Sequence record: NC_049340.1 | DNA length: 64,000 bases | Reading direction: 5' to 3' (one strand) | In this document: piece after piece, positions 43,629 to 54,782 of the stretch | Layout of the letters: each line of letters starts with the position of its first letter | Numbering within the stretch: position 1 is the first letter of the stretch | Position numbers and translations under genes: made by a program | Notes under the pieces: model-generated | Told to the model about the DNA's origin: nothing | Database searches by the model: none | Seen by the model: only the letters and a program-made list of their open reading frames with translations

Positions 43629-44684
43629 ATGAGAGCAGAAGATGTGAATGATAGAATACATGAATTGGAGTCTAAAATATGCATTAATCCAATAAAATAT
43701 TTTGATGATATTAACACATCATGTCTAACCGAATTTGAATTAATTTATTTCAAAAAGTATTTAACTGATTACATTTCGAATAAGTTGAAAGATGGTGTTT
43801 TAATTGACCCAAAATCAAGAATCGGAATGAAGATGTTTAAGAATATTGAAATACTTTTGGATAAGTGTCTTTCTAGAGTTGAATTATATTCATGGAAACA
43901 TTGTGACCATACAATAAAGGGGTTCTTGGTTTATAACAAAATAAAAGAAATAAGATGTCCTAATTGCGGAACACTACAAAATCCACCAAAAAATATAAGT
44001 AGTTTTGTACATACATTTAATGATTTTAGAGTATATTTCAATGATTTATGTAATTCAAAACACACAAATATTTCAAGACAATTAACGAATTTGAAGAAAT
44101 ATGGATATGCATCACATTTCTCAACAAAAGAGACTCGTGAAAAAATCCGAAAAACTAATCTTATTAAATATGGTGTTGATAATCCAACAAAATATAAAGA
44201 AATAAATGATAGAATAATAGAAACAAAATTAAAAAGGTATGGTACATTAAGTTTTAATAAATATGTTAATGATGGAAACTTTGTTAGAAAGCAATATACA
44301 TCCAAAGAATGTGAACAATTTCTATCTACATATATAACACCATTATTTAAATATTATGGCGTGGATGATAACATAATGTTTGGTGATAAAGAGTATTCTG
44401 TATTAATACCAAATACATTTAACGATGTACTAAAACACGTAACAATGTATGATTTTTATTCACCAAAATACTCTATTATTTTTGAATATCATGGTTCATA
44501 TTGGCATAATAATGAAAAAGCCAAGATAAAGGATAGGGAGAAATTAGAATTTGCTAGAGATTATTTAGGGATTATGAACTATTTCACAATATGGGATTAT
44601 CAAGCAAAGGATAGTAAATTAATTAAAGAAGTACAGAACGAAATTATAAAAATAATAGATGAATATGAGAGCAGAGTTAGCTGA
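43629..44684 (+). mobile_element. free-standing Vsr-like (EDxHD) homing endonuclease
   Basis: TNLxKYG repeats; SKECEQF, YDFY, IFEYHGSYWH, FTIWD. Confidence 0.75.
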
Positions 44685-45486
44685 ATACAAAACCATGGTA
44701 GGTTCGGAATATAATAACCTAATGCAAAAAAATGAACATGATGACTTAATGAACATTCTAATTGCTGGTGATTATACTACAATGTCTGATGATGATTTGA
44801 TAAAGACATACAAACATGCAAAAAAGATGCAAGATTTTTATAAGATGATGCAACTTTGTTGTAAGCTATTATGTAATTCTGTATACGGTGGATTTGGTAC
44901 GGCATCATTACGATATTTTTTACAAGCTGTTGCATCAGATATTACTGCTGAGGGTAGAAATGTTACTCAGTTAGTTGATAAGATGGCAAATCAATATTTT
45001 CAAAAATCTTGGCAAAAGGATTCTAATTGGTTCAATGAGTTAAAAGATAAGTTTCCAAATATCATACCTGATTCATTACAAGCACCGCACCCAATCAAAA
45101 AAGACATATGTATTTATGCGGATACGGATAGTGTTGTTGGTGATTCTATACTAAGATTGTCTGATGGTAGGTCTATTAAAATAGAAGATTTATTTAAAGA
45201 ATCAAAATATACACATACAGACCATAAGGGTAATGAGTTTGCAACACCTACCGTTAATATACTAAATTATACTAAGGATAATGAGTTATATTATGCGAAA
45301 CCAAAACACATAGTTAGACATAAAGTATCCAAGGCAAAATGGAAGTTAAAGACCAAAAGTGGCAAAGAAATTATAGTCACTAACGACCATTCTATGATTG
45401 TGTTTAGAAGTGGCGAACAACTAACAGTTAAACCAAGTGAAATACTAAAGACTGATAAAATTTTAGTTATTAAAGATGGTAGATAA
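44659..45486 (+). CDS. DNA polymerase B, part 2 (motif B, motif C N-half) fused to split intein N-fragment
   Basis: KLLCNSVYGGFG, ITAEGR, IYADTD followed by the intein start SVVGDS. Confidence 0.9.
   Translation: MNMRAELAEYKTMVGSEYNNLMQKNEHDDLMNILIAGDYTTMSDDDLIKTYKHAKKMQDFYKMMQLCCKLLCNSVYGGFGTASLRYFLQAVASDITAEGRNVTQLVDKMANQYFQKSWQKDSNWFNELKDKFPNIIPDSLQAPHPIKKDICIYADTDSVVGDSILRLSDGRSIKIEDLFKESKYTHTDHKGNEFATPTVNILNYTKDNELYYAKPKHIVRHKVSKAKWKLKTKSGKEIIVTNDHSMIVFRSGEQLTVKPSEILKTDKILVIKDGR
45130..45483 (+). mobile_element. split intein N-fragment (118 aa, Ser1)
   Basis: SVVGDSILRL (block A), IIVTNDHS (block B); stop codon follows. Confidence 0.9.
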
Positions 45487-46519
45487 CATAAAGATTTTAA
45501 TAAATAAACATAGAACAACAAAAGATACCAAATATCTTTTGTTGTTGTTTAATTTATATGAAAAATATCATAATATAATTTTACCTAGATGTAAAGTTAC
45601 TGGCGGTCATATATATTGGTATGATACTCGATTCTCTTGGTATAATAACACATTAAATATAAAGGGAAAGTCCAGCTATTCAAATAAAATTGTTAATGGT
45701 AATAAGTATTATTTAACAGTATCTGAACATGGATTGTTTATTAAATTTGGTGACGATTTTAGTAGAATAAATAAACATAGGTTATTCAACACTATAAATA
45801 AATTAACTAAATTTTCTTTTGGCATAAATAACATTGATGCAAAAGCACAAAACAAAAAATGTGCAATAACATTGGATAATATGATTTCTAAATACGGTGT
45901 TGAAATAGGTACAGATAAATATAATGCCTATTGTGAAAAGCAAAGAATAACTTCAACTGATAAATATATTCGAAATAAGTTTGGTGAAGAATATTTAACA
46001 AAGGTTAAAGATGCTAAATCACATAATTTTAATTATTATCTTAGATTATCTAATGGTGATGTTGAGGTTGCCAAAGAATTACATAAAAAATACCATGAGC
46101 AAAGAATTAATAATATTGGTTCAATTTCAAAAAATTCTTTACACTTATTTAATACAATAATAAATAAATTCAATATTTTATCAGACTCATATTACGGTGA
46201 AAATGAATTTGGATTATATGATAAAGAGTTTAAGCGATATTATAAATATGACTTTACATCAACAAAATATAAATTCATTATAGAATTTAATGGTGATGTT
46301 TTTCATGGAAATCCAAAAATTTATAATGAAACTGATAGACCAAATTTTTTTAATACTAAAAAAACATGTTCTGAAATATGGGCATATGATAAACAAAAAA
46401 TAAATTTAGCTAAAGAGCATGGTTTTGATGTTTTTGTTGTATGGGAAAGTGAATTTAATAATGAATATATAGAACTAGTGAATAGATTGTTTAATACTAT
46501 AAAACATAAAATAAAATAG
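45476..46519 (+). mobile_element. free-standing Vsr-like (EDxHD) homing endonuclease between the intein halves
   Basis: ISKNSLHLF, YKYDF, IIEFNGDVFHGNP, VFVVWESE. Confidence 0.8.
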
Positions 46520-46520
46520 G

Positions 46521-47501
46521 ATGGAATATTTATTTGATGAAATAGAATCAATTGAGTGTATAGGTGAATTTGAAAATGAATTTGTATATGATATTGAAAT
46601 GGAAGACGAATCACACACATTCATAGCAAATGATATACTTGTACATAATTCAAATTATTTAACATTTGATGAGATATTCAAATCAATTGATTGTGATTAT
46701 GAAAATACGCCTACAAAAGAATGTGTTGATTTTATCGAATACTTCTTTAAGAATAAGATGAACGCAATGTATGATAAATTCCTAACAAAATACTATGATA
46801 GTAGAGGGTGTGACAACCATCATATTTTTGAATTAGAGGTTATTGGTGGGTATGGTGTATTTATTGCAAAAAAGAAGTATATCTTTAGTAAATTATGGGA
46901 TGATGGTAACTATGTTGCTAGTAAAGGTGGATTGAAGACAACAGGTGTTGAAATTATTCAATCAAGTACATCAAATTTTGTTAGGAGTAGTATAAAAACT
47001 TTTGTAAATTTGATATTCTCTAAAAGAGGGAAAATATCTAGTGATTTATTCTTTAATATGTGTAATGCACTTAGACGTAAATTAGAAACAGTACCGATTG
47101 ATGATATATCTAAAATTAGTGGACTAAAGACATACGATAAATATGTTGTTGAGTGGAAAGATAGAATTATTCTAGAAAAGAAATGTCCAGCACCAGTTAG
47201 AGGTGCAGTTAGATACAATCATTTAATCTATCAAAAAGGTTTGCAGAATAAGTATGCATACTTAAAGAATGGTATGAAGTGTAAAATGTATTATGATAAG
47301 CAAGGGAATCCATTTGCATACCATGATGAATCATTTCCACATGAAATTGCACCACCAATATCTAGAGAAATTCAGTTAGAGAAATTAATATTTTCACCAG
47401 TAAAACGATTGGTTAGTGGTGGAATGATTGAGGGAAGTTTATCAAACATGGGAACTGGTAAGAATTTACCAAGTTTTAAGAACATGTTTAAGAAGAAATA
47501 A
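46521..47501 (+). CDS. split intein C-fragment (43 aa, 46521-46649) fused to DNA polymerase B part 3 (palm/thumb)
   Basis: VYDIEMEDESHTFIANDILVHN|SNYL; AKKKY, LKTTGVEIIQSS. Confidence 0.9.
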   Translation: MEYLFDEIESIECIGEFENEFVYDIEMEDESHTFIANDILVHNSNYLTFDEIFKSIDCDYENTPTKECVDFIEYFFKNKMNAMYDKFLTKYYDSRGCDNHHIFELEVIGGYGVFIAKKKYIFSKLWDDGNYVASKGGLKTTGVEIIQSSTSNFVRSSIKTFVNLIFSKRGKISSDLFFNMCNALRRKLETVPIDDISKISGLKTYDKYVVEWKDRIILEKKCPAPVRGAVRYNHLIYQKGLQNKYAYLKNGMKCKMYYDKQGNPFAYHDESFPHEIAPPISREIQLEKLIFSPVKRLVSGGMIEGSLSNMGTGKNLPSFKNMFKKK

Positions 47502-47573
47502 TAAATATTTGGTGTTTTTATATTCTATACATAATATAAAGACATCAAATATTTAGAATTAAAAACAAACTAA

Positions 47574-48902
47574 ATGAAACAATACAAGAACATAGAGGAT
47601 GCTAGAGTTAGTATTCTAGAGGCTGTTAACCTTGGTTTATTAATTGAGAACATTAAACCATTAACAATGCAAGGTACTTCTACTAAGAAGCATTTAATTA
47701 AATTACAGAATGAGAATCAATTGACTTCAATGGTATCTGTTAGTACCGCAATTTTTGAGACTAAGCAAATACAAAACATTGATGAGCAATTAAAAAAATT
47801 CACCAACGAGGCTACAAATGCTATCTTAGACCAAGGTGTAAAGGCATCTATTGTTTATGCATTTGAATGTATTGAAAGACAAAGACAAACTGAAATTACC
47901 GAAAGTGCATTAAGTACTTTAGATACTTTGGTTGCATTATCTGAGTCTGATATTAAAAATAGTGTTCGTGCTGGAAAATTAAATCCATTTAGAACATTAC
48001 CATTTGTAACAAACATTATCGAATCATGTAAAATTGTTGAGGATGATGTTGTTGAAACAAATGAAACTGTTGTTAGTCATCCAGTATCTTATATTGAAGA
48101 GTCTGAGGGCGGTGTGTTCTTTAGAAGTGGTGATAAAGTTTATTGTATTAATGAAAGTGGTATTCGTGAGACATCTGCACCAAGTGAATCATTTTCATAC
48201 TTATCATCAATTGTTGAGAGTTTAACATATGCTGACAACAAACTATCTTATGTGCATGAATCATTAGGTTCATTTGAGATTGATAGTAAGGGATTAAGAA
48301 GAAAGAGTTCTGATGGTATTTTTGAATCATTTGATGCTTATGCATTCACAAACAAAATGAGTACTATCGTTGAGTCAATGAGTTACCGTGATGGTGTAGT
48401 TGGTAGAAGAGATAGAAAAGCTAATATTGCTGTATGTGATGCATTGGTTGCTGTTTCTGAAAACTTTTCTAATGTTGCACAATTAGATAATGTATTTGAG
48501 GCAGTTAATAAACGTAGTGGTGATAAAGTTTTATTTGTATGTAACGAAAATAACTATCACGTATTAACTGTTCAATCAATCAGACAAGCTAAAATAGTTG
48601 AATCATTTACTGATATTCGTGATGCGATTGCATTATTCGATAAGAAAGTAGGTGTTAACCTTAGTGAGCAATTATCTGAATTAGTTGCTGAGGCTGTTTC
48701 TGATGATGCACAAAAAGTAAAAGACATTACAGAGTGTAAAGAGTTAATAAAAGGTCTAAATGAACAAAAGGTTGATTTAGAAAAAGAAATTTCTGAATGT
48801 AAAAATGAAGAAATTAGAGAAGAATTTGTTGATACTCTTAAATTAGTTGAACAAACTATTATTGAAACACAAACAAAAATACAAGAATTAACAAGTATTT
48901 AA
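47574..48902 (+). CDS. probable head-associated (core/internal) protein
   Basis: About ten [ILV]xES motifs; C-terminal coiled coil; terminator at 48903-48928. Confidence 0.45.
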   Translation: MKQYKNIEDARVSILEAVNLGLLIENIKPLTMQGTSTKKHLIKLQNENQLTSMVSVSTAIFETKQIQNIDEQLKKFTNEATNAILDQGVKASIVYAFECIERQRQTEITESALSTLDTLVALSESDIKNSVRAGKLNPFRTLPFVTNIIESCKIVEDDVVETNETVVSHPVSYIEESEGGVFFRSGDKVYCINESGIRETSAPSESFSYLSSIVESLTYADNKLSYVHESLGSFEIDSKGLRRKSSDGIFESFDAYAFTNKMSTIVESMSYRDGVVGRRDRKANIAVCDALVAVSENFSNVAQLDNVFEAVNKRSGDKVLFVCNENNYHVLTVQSIRQAKIVESFTDIRDAIALFDKKVGVNLSEQLSELVAEAVSDDAQKVKDITECKELIKGLNEQKVDLEKEISECKNEEIREEFVDTLKLVEQTIIETQTKIQELTSI

Positions 48903-48964
48903 TAAAAAGCACCGATAGGTGCTTTTTTCCAACAAAAATTAATAAATTAATAAATTATACAACG

Positions 48965-49327
48965 ATGAGTGAAGTAGTAAAAAAGAAGCGTAGAAAGAAT
49001 TATTTAACAAGTGATGAAATTAGAGCCGAATTGCAGGTTTGTCATGTAAGGGATGGATTAACCAATAGGATGGTTGATATGTTCTGTTTAATGATAGACA
49101 AAATACAAGCACCGTTTAAATATCCTAGCGATGATGTTAGGATGGATATTAGGTCATTTGCGATTGAGCAATTAGTTAAAAAATGGAAGTCATGTGATAT
49201 AAACAGACCTAATTTATTTTCATTTTTCACACAAGTTATAAAGAATGATTTATATGCTGGATGGAACTCATATAAACGTGGTTGTGCTGATTTTTCATAT
49301 AGCACAATATTCACGGATGATGTATAA
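48965..49327 (+). CDS. T4 gp55-like late sigma factor
   Basis: KNYLTSDEI, MFCLMIDKIQAPFKY, DIRSFAIEQLVKKW, NLFSFFTQVIKN align with gp55 NYVNNKEL / IMLIAEGLS / EMIADGIE / NPHAYITQACFN. Confidence 0.7.
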   Translation: MSEVVKKKRRKNYLTSDEIRAELQVCHVRDGLTNRMVDMFCLMIDKIQAPFKYPSDDVRMDIRSFAIEQLVKKWKSCDINRPNLFSFFTQVIKNDLYAGWNSYKRGCADFSYSTIFTDDV

Positions 49328-49342
49328 TAAAAACAATACTTT

Positions 49343-49933
49343 ATGTTTTCATTAGACCCAAGACCTGATTTATTCAGGACACGGTTGCCTGATAAATTCA
49401 TAGAACCAAATATTTTAACTAAATATGATGCTTTTATAAAACAAAAACCTTTTGTATTTGATTCGTTTATAGATGTTATGAACGAATCAATACAATCTTT
49501 TGATATACCAGCATTTGGTTTTTCGGCAACAATACAAGATGGTAATCGAGATAATGCGCTTGGTGCTATAGAAAGAGTTCATGTACCACATCAATCAGTA
49601 CAAAAATTTATTGATAATACATTTACCATCACATTTAAACATACTGAGGCTTATATGTCTTATTGGTTTATGGTGGAGCATTGGTTCAAGAAATATCAGT
49701 TAGGTAAGGATGGTAATAGAGTTCCAATGGATTTTTTGTTACTTGAATTACTTGATTATAAACTAAATTCTATTGTAAGAATAAAATTTAATAAAGTTTT
49801 ATTCACAGGTGTTGATGGGGTTTCATTTGCGTATAATAATATTGATAGGACATCTGATACATTTACGGCAACATTCCAGTATGGTACATTACAACCAGTA
49901 TTTGATATACCTACATTAAATATAAAAACATGA
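49343..49933 (+). CDS. tail tube-fold protein (gp19/gp54-like)
   Basis: FTITFKH, IKFNKVLFTGVDGVSFAY...FTATFQY. Confidence 0.6.
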   Translation: MFSLDPRPDLFRTRLPDKFIEPNILTKYDAFIKQKPFVFDSFIDVMNESIQSFDIPAFGFSATIQDGNRDNALGAIERVHVPHQSVQKFIDNTFTITFKHTEAYMSYWFMVEHWFKKYQLGKDGNRVPMDFLLLELLDYKLNSIVRIKFNKVLFTGVDGVSFAYNNIDRTSDTFTATFQYGTLQPVFDIPTLNIKT

Positions 49934-50361
49934 CAGAATCAACCATATTAGAAAATAAAAAATTAATACACAACATATTAGATTTACAATCTGAGGTTAT
50001 AAAAATAAACAGGGATGCTGTTACCATAGATAGACATGTTTTAGTTGAGAAACAATATGAAATGGATATTGATTTAATTTCTAAGGTTGCTTATGGTACT
50101 AATGAAGCGATTGATATTCTTTGTAAATTCAATGGAATATCAAATCCTTTAAGTATTAAAGCTGGTGATGTTATATTCATTCCGAATCTAAATTCTTTAT
50201 TCTCAAATATGAAGAAGTTGAACTATAAATCAATGACATTGAGTAAAAGTTCAGGTTCATTACTTAAAACAACTCTAAAGAGTTCACAAACAAATCCTAG
50301 TAAGAAACAACAACCATCAAAAAATTTCACAAAATCGAATGATGGTATAATTATATTCTAA
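49930..50361 (+). CDS. LysM-type baseplate wedge protein (gp53-like)
   Basis: DIDLISKVAYG...ILCKFNGISNPLSIKAGDVIFIP. Confidence 0.75.
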   Translation: MTESTILENKKLIHNILDLQSEVIKINRDAVTIDRHVLVEKQYEMDIDLISKVAYGTNEAIDILCKFNGISNPLSIKAGDVIFIPNLNSLFSNMKKLNYKSMTLSKSSGSLLKTTLKSSQTNPSKKQQPSKNFTKSNDGIIIF

Positions 50362-51652
50362 TGATTAATAAATTCAAACACACACTTCAAACAAATCCTA
50401 TAGTTTTAAGACAGGATGATGATGAGTCTATATTTATTGAAGAACATGGTGGAGTTTATTATCCTTTAATTAGAGTAAAGGATACCGTAGTACCATTCAC
50501 ATCAATAGTTTCATTTAATTTAGAAGTTGGTACATCATTTTTACCTAAATTAACATTCTCTATTGATGATGATGATTTTCATTTTAGAGAAACTGATTTT
50601 ATTGGTGGTATTGACACATCAACAATATTTATAGGTTCTGCGAAGGATGATATTAATGAGCCAATAAAGAATGATTATTTAATTCTTAGTGTTACATCAT
50701 CTGCTGGTAGTTCAGTATTAACATTTGAGTGTGAATTACATGTTCCTAAATTATATACATCAACAAATAGGGTTATAACTGGTAGTTCACTTGATGTTAT
50801 TGAAGCTGTTAGTAAAGAATGTGGTTTAGGATTCACAAGCAACATACAATCGACATCAGATAGTATGAATTGGATTCAATATCAAAATAATATTGACTTT
50901 ATACATGAGGTCGCATTACATTCATATATTGATAATGACTCATCAATTATGTTATTTATTGACCAATTTGCGAATTTATGTTTTCTTAATATTAAAGAAG
51001 CATTGAAAGGTTCTAGTTCACATACATTAGAGATTAATCCAGTTAATGGAAATCATCTTGAAGAGCCTATTAACTTGTTATTAACAAACAATAAATTAGA
51101 TACAGATAATCCAGCAAAAATATCATCATATACACCTATCAATAATTACGGTGTGTTAGCAAAAAAATACACATCACAACAAAATAAAGTTGGTATTTCA
51201 TACACAGATTATACACAACTAACGAATGTTACTGATACACAAAAAAAGTTCAATTAGATAATTCATCTACATTTACATTTAGTGGTTCAGAGAATGCACA
51301 TCAATTTTTTATGGTTGCGCCAGCAATACACCAAAATAATAAGCAATTATTACAAGGTATTCAACATTTAATTAATATTGATTGGTCGATTCAATCATTA
51401 TTTATGTTTCAGGTGCTACCTATTGATATTTATAATATTGCTAAACGACCTTATAAAAAATCAACAAACACCACAGTTAATTTGGATGAATTAACCGACC
51501 AAGAACCACAACAAACATCAAACTCACATACTAGAAATGAGCAGTTGAGTGGTGATTGTTTAATACTTGGTATAACATATACATACTTTAGAAAACTAAC
51601 TAAAAGTAAGGAATCTAGACTTAGACAGAAGTTAAAAGTATTCAAAATATAA
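50361..51652 (+). CDS. baseplate hub protein (gp27-like), apparent frameshift in A-run 51242-51248
   Basis: Follows gp53-like; restoring one A joins ORFs 50361 and 51311. Confidence 0.55.
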
Positions 51653-51675
51653 ACGCACCAAACGGTGCGTTTTTT
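51650..51675 (+). terminator. intrinsic terminator
   Basis: aaacgcacc-aaac-ggtgcgttttt. Confidence 0.75.
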
Positions 51676-51725
51676 CCTTTAATACATACTTTAAAGGAGA
51701 AATAGAATTTACACATCATTGTTAT

Positions 51726-52337
51726 ATGAACTTAATAGTAAACAACCATTCTATATTAATATACAATGGTATCAATTTAGTAAGACAGATTTTAAAACAA
51801 GAAATAGTTGAGGCTACCGTATTACCAAATCAGCAGATAATTAGATTTGAATTTAATGGTACTAAATATTCTGATTTTGATATTGATTTTAATACGGTAA
51901 AAACAATAAATGAGAAGTCATTTGATGCTAGTATTACATCATCAGCAACATATGGTAACTTAACCGTTCAACCAAGTTTGACATTTCCAGCATTTGTAAA
52001 GGAGTTACAAACACATGTTGAGATAATGATACAGAGTGATTCGGTTTCAGCATCAACACCAACATCAACATATGCAAAAAGAGTTATTACAATAACTGGA
52101 TATACTGCAAATGGTACGACATTAAACACAACTGCTGTTAGTGGTGGTACATGGACTGCAACAGGAACAGTTGATTTTGTATCAAGTTCTAATTTCAATG
52201 ATGAAAGAAGAGTTAAGGTATTAATCAACAACAGGTATGCTATGAAACCTGATGATATTGTTTATTTATCAAACACCACATTTATAATTAACATAGATTT
52301 AGATGCAGGTGATAAAATTACAATATGGACATTATAA
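51726..52337 (+). CDS. virion/fibre-associated protein
   Basis: N-terminal module shared with 54783; C-terminal V.IN...LDAGDKITI fibre-type repeat. Confidence 0.5.
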   Translation: MNLIVNNHSILIYNGINLVRQILKQEIVEATVLPNQQIIRFEFNGTKYSDFDIDFNTVKTINEKSFDASITSSATYGNLTVQPSLTFPAFVKELQTHVEIMIQSDSVSASTPTSTYAKRVITITGYTANGTTLNTTAVSGGTWTATGTVDFVSSSNFNDERRVKVLINNRYAMKPDDIVYLSNTTFIINIDLDAGDKITIWTL

Positions 52338-52381
52338 AACAAAGAACAAACATTAAAAACAATTTATAAAATAATTAATTT

Positions 52382-53353
52382 ATGATTAATAGTAGAGCAG
52401 TCGCACTAAATAGAGCAGATGCAACAAGTTTATATGTATCTTTATTCGATAAGATGCGTGCAGGGCAAGTTTATAACGTGCCTAAAGTTTCAGCAAATAC
52501 GGTAACACCTGTTAATGTTGACCACATGACCCTTACAACAGCCCAATTACCTGGCGGTGTTATCGGTGTTTATGGAGGTTCATCAGCAACACTACCAGCC
52601 AATAACTCGATAGTAATGTCAAAGTTAGCTGGTGCTGTAGGTACAGGAGCAACAACAATAGTAACTGATAATTTCGGTAACATTCTTAACCTAGTACCAA
52701 TTACTGATGCGACAACAAATGATGATATTATTGTACCAAGTAATTATGCAACAACAGCGTTACGTGAAAGAAAAGTTTATGGACTTTTACAAACAGCTAG
52801 TACGGTTACTGATGGAACAGCAGTACATGCTACAGTAGCTAATTGTCAAATTTCATTTGTTGTATTTGATGCAACAAACACACTTCAATTGGTAACACTT
52901 AATCAAGCTATTGAATTTGGTACTACACAATTCCGTGATGGTTTACATGTACCAGCAATTGTTAGACATGGTTCAGACCAATTAGATGATGCATTAAGTG
53001 GTGGTAATATTGAGTATATTGAAAGAACATTTACGGTTACTGCTCAGGTTGCCGTAGGTGAGCAATTAAATGTTAATACAGGAGCAACAAACGGTAATGG
53101 AACAGTAACAACTAACACAGTTGTTGATGGTGGTGTTACAGTAACAAATGTTAACATACAAACATCATCAGCTAACTTTATAAGTTCACCAAGTTTAGAG
53201 ATTTGGGATAATGGTGTACCAATGGTAAAGGGTGCATCACCACTTTCATCACCAACTGAGGTTGCTTGGGTAAGCGCAACAGATATTTCTTTTTATAGAG
53301 TTTTAGATGTTGGTGATATTATTACATTAAAGATACCATTAAAGAATAACTAA
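52382..53353 (+). CDS. virion fibre-like protein
   Basis: Thr/Val/Gly-rich; C-terminal IWDNG...LDVGDIITL. Confidence 0.5.
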   Translation: MINSRAVALNRADATSLYVSLFDKMRAGQVYNVPKVSANTVTPVNVDHMTLTTAQLPGGVIGVYGGSSATLPANNSIVMSKLAGAVGTGATTIVTDNFGNILNLVPITDATTNDDIIVPSNYATTALRERKVYGLLQTASTVTDGTAVHATVANCQISFVVFDATNTLQLVTLNQAIEFGTTQFRDGLHVPAIVRHGSDQLDDALSGGNIEYIERTFTVTAQVAVGEQLNVNTGATNGNGTVTTNTVVDGGVTVTNVNIQTSSANFISSPSLEIWDNGVPMVKGASPLSSPTEVAWVSATDISFYRVLDVGDIITLKIPLKNN

Positions 53354-53355
53354 TA

Positions 53356-53928
53356 ATGATTAATAGAAAACAGATTAGAAATGGTGCAATTCAATTTAGG
53401 ATGGTATCTAATGAAACCGAAAGGTTATTATTAAAAGATGTTGAAATAGGTGATATAATATACCAAAATCAAGATAATAGACGATATGAACTTTTATCAT
53501 TACCAGCATCAAATCCTGTTAATTGGAAATTATTACTTAATACAATTTCGGGTGTTTTTAATTCAAGCGTTTCTCAAACATTATATACTGATATTAATAG
53601 AAATTTAACAATATCATGGGATAGTGTTAATTTTCAACCAACATATACAGTAAATGGTTGGGGATGGATTGATGGTGCAATAATAAAAGTTGATGGAAAT
53701 AGTTCTACTATAAGAATTAATGCTGATGATAAAAGTTCAGTTGATGGTACTTTTTACTTTACAAATAATGGTGCATTAAATACTGCATTTAATATGGAAA
53801 ATTATGGGTCATATACATTTTGCACATTGGTTAAAGAAAGTTATGATCCAAATTATCCAGCAGTAATGATTCATATGAATTTAGGAAATACTGGAACATG
53901 TGCATATATAATTAATATAATAAATTAA
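53356..53928 (+). CDS. tail fibre-like protein
   Basis: SNETERLLL...GDIIYQ.QD...YEL fibre N-terminal motif. Confidence 0.45.
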   Translation: MINRKQIRNGAIQFRMVSNETERLLLKDVEIGDIIYQNQDNRRYELLSLPASNPVNWKLLLNTISGVFNSSVSQTLYTDINRNLTISWDSVNFQPTYTVNGWGWIDGAIIKVDGNSSTIRINADDKSSVDGTFYFTNNGALNTAFNMENYGSYTFCTLVKESYDPNYPAVMIHMNLGNTGTCAYIINIIN

Positions 53929-53931
53929 TGT

Positions 53932-54725
53932 ATGAAAATTTATTTTAATAAACAGTCTATTGATAAAAATAATTTAGATATTTCATTGGATGAATTATTT
54001 TGTATTAATCACAAATGGGATTATGGTGTTTATGAAAATATATCATTTAATATAAATGAACACCAACTTAAATTGGAAAATGATACCATAACTATTATTA
54101 ACAAAACAAAAACAAAACAAGAAAAATCACAATTATTAATAAAAAAATTTTATCAAAATATTCAAATTTTGATATACTTAATTATGATTTTACACTTTTG
54201 ACAGAATTAGAAAAAGAAAGTCCTTTATATGATAAGGGTAGAAAAGTTAAGTCATCTTATATAAAAAATGGACATGTTTATATAGAAAAAATATTCAAAG
54301 ATGTGTATTCAGATGATAATAAATTAACTGGAATACTTATGGATATAAATTGGTATAATGAAGATGGTAGTATTGGTTTAACAAAACAACAATTAATAAA
54401 AAAGTTTAATTCTGCTGAACTAAAAACAGAATTAAGAAAAAGAAGAAATCGAATAATAGATTATTTAATAGCTAGAGCAGAAGACCTTAATATTGATTGG
54501 TTTATTAACATACTTTTAAAAGAATTAAAAACAGAAATAGAACTTTTTATTGAAAATAAAACGTCAGATTTTTATAATTCAATAATAAGTGAGCTAGATA
54601 ACGAAAATAGTAAATCAATCACAAACCCAAATAATGGTTCACAAACAACAATAAGAGATTTTTTAAAAACAAATTTAGGAAATGGTCAGTTTTTATATGA
54701 AGCCATTCTAGAGGATTTGGTGTAG
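53932..54725 (+). CDS. fibre-associated protein (apparent A-run frameshift near 54144)
   Basis: Restoring one A joins ORFs 53932 and 54198. Confidence 0.45.
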
Positions 54726-54782
54726 ATTTAATTATTCAATATTAATACATAATTATTTATAATATAATTAAAAACACATTAG

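Noticed and set aside
42668-44658. Group I intron interrupting polB
   Set aside because: The gap is fully occupied by a clamp gene with its own promoter and hairpin plus an endonuclease ORF, leaving no room for a ribozyme core.
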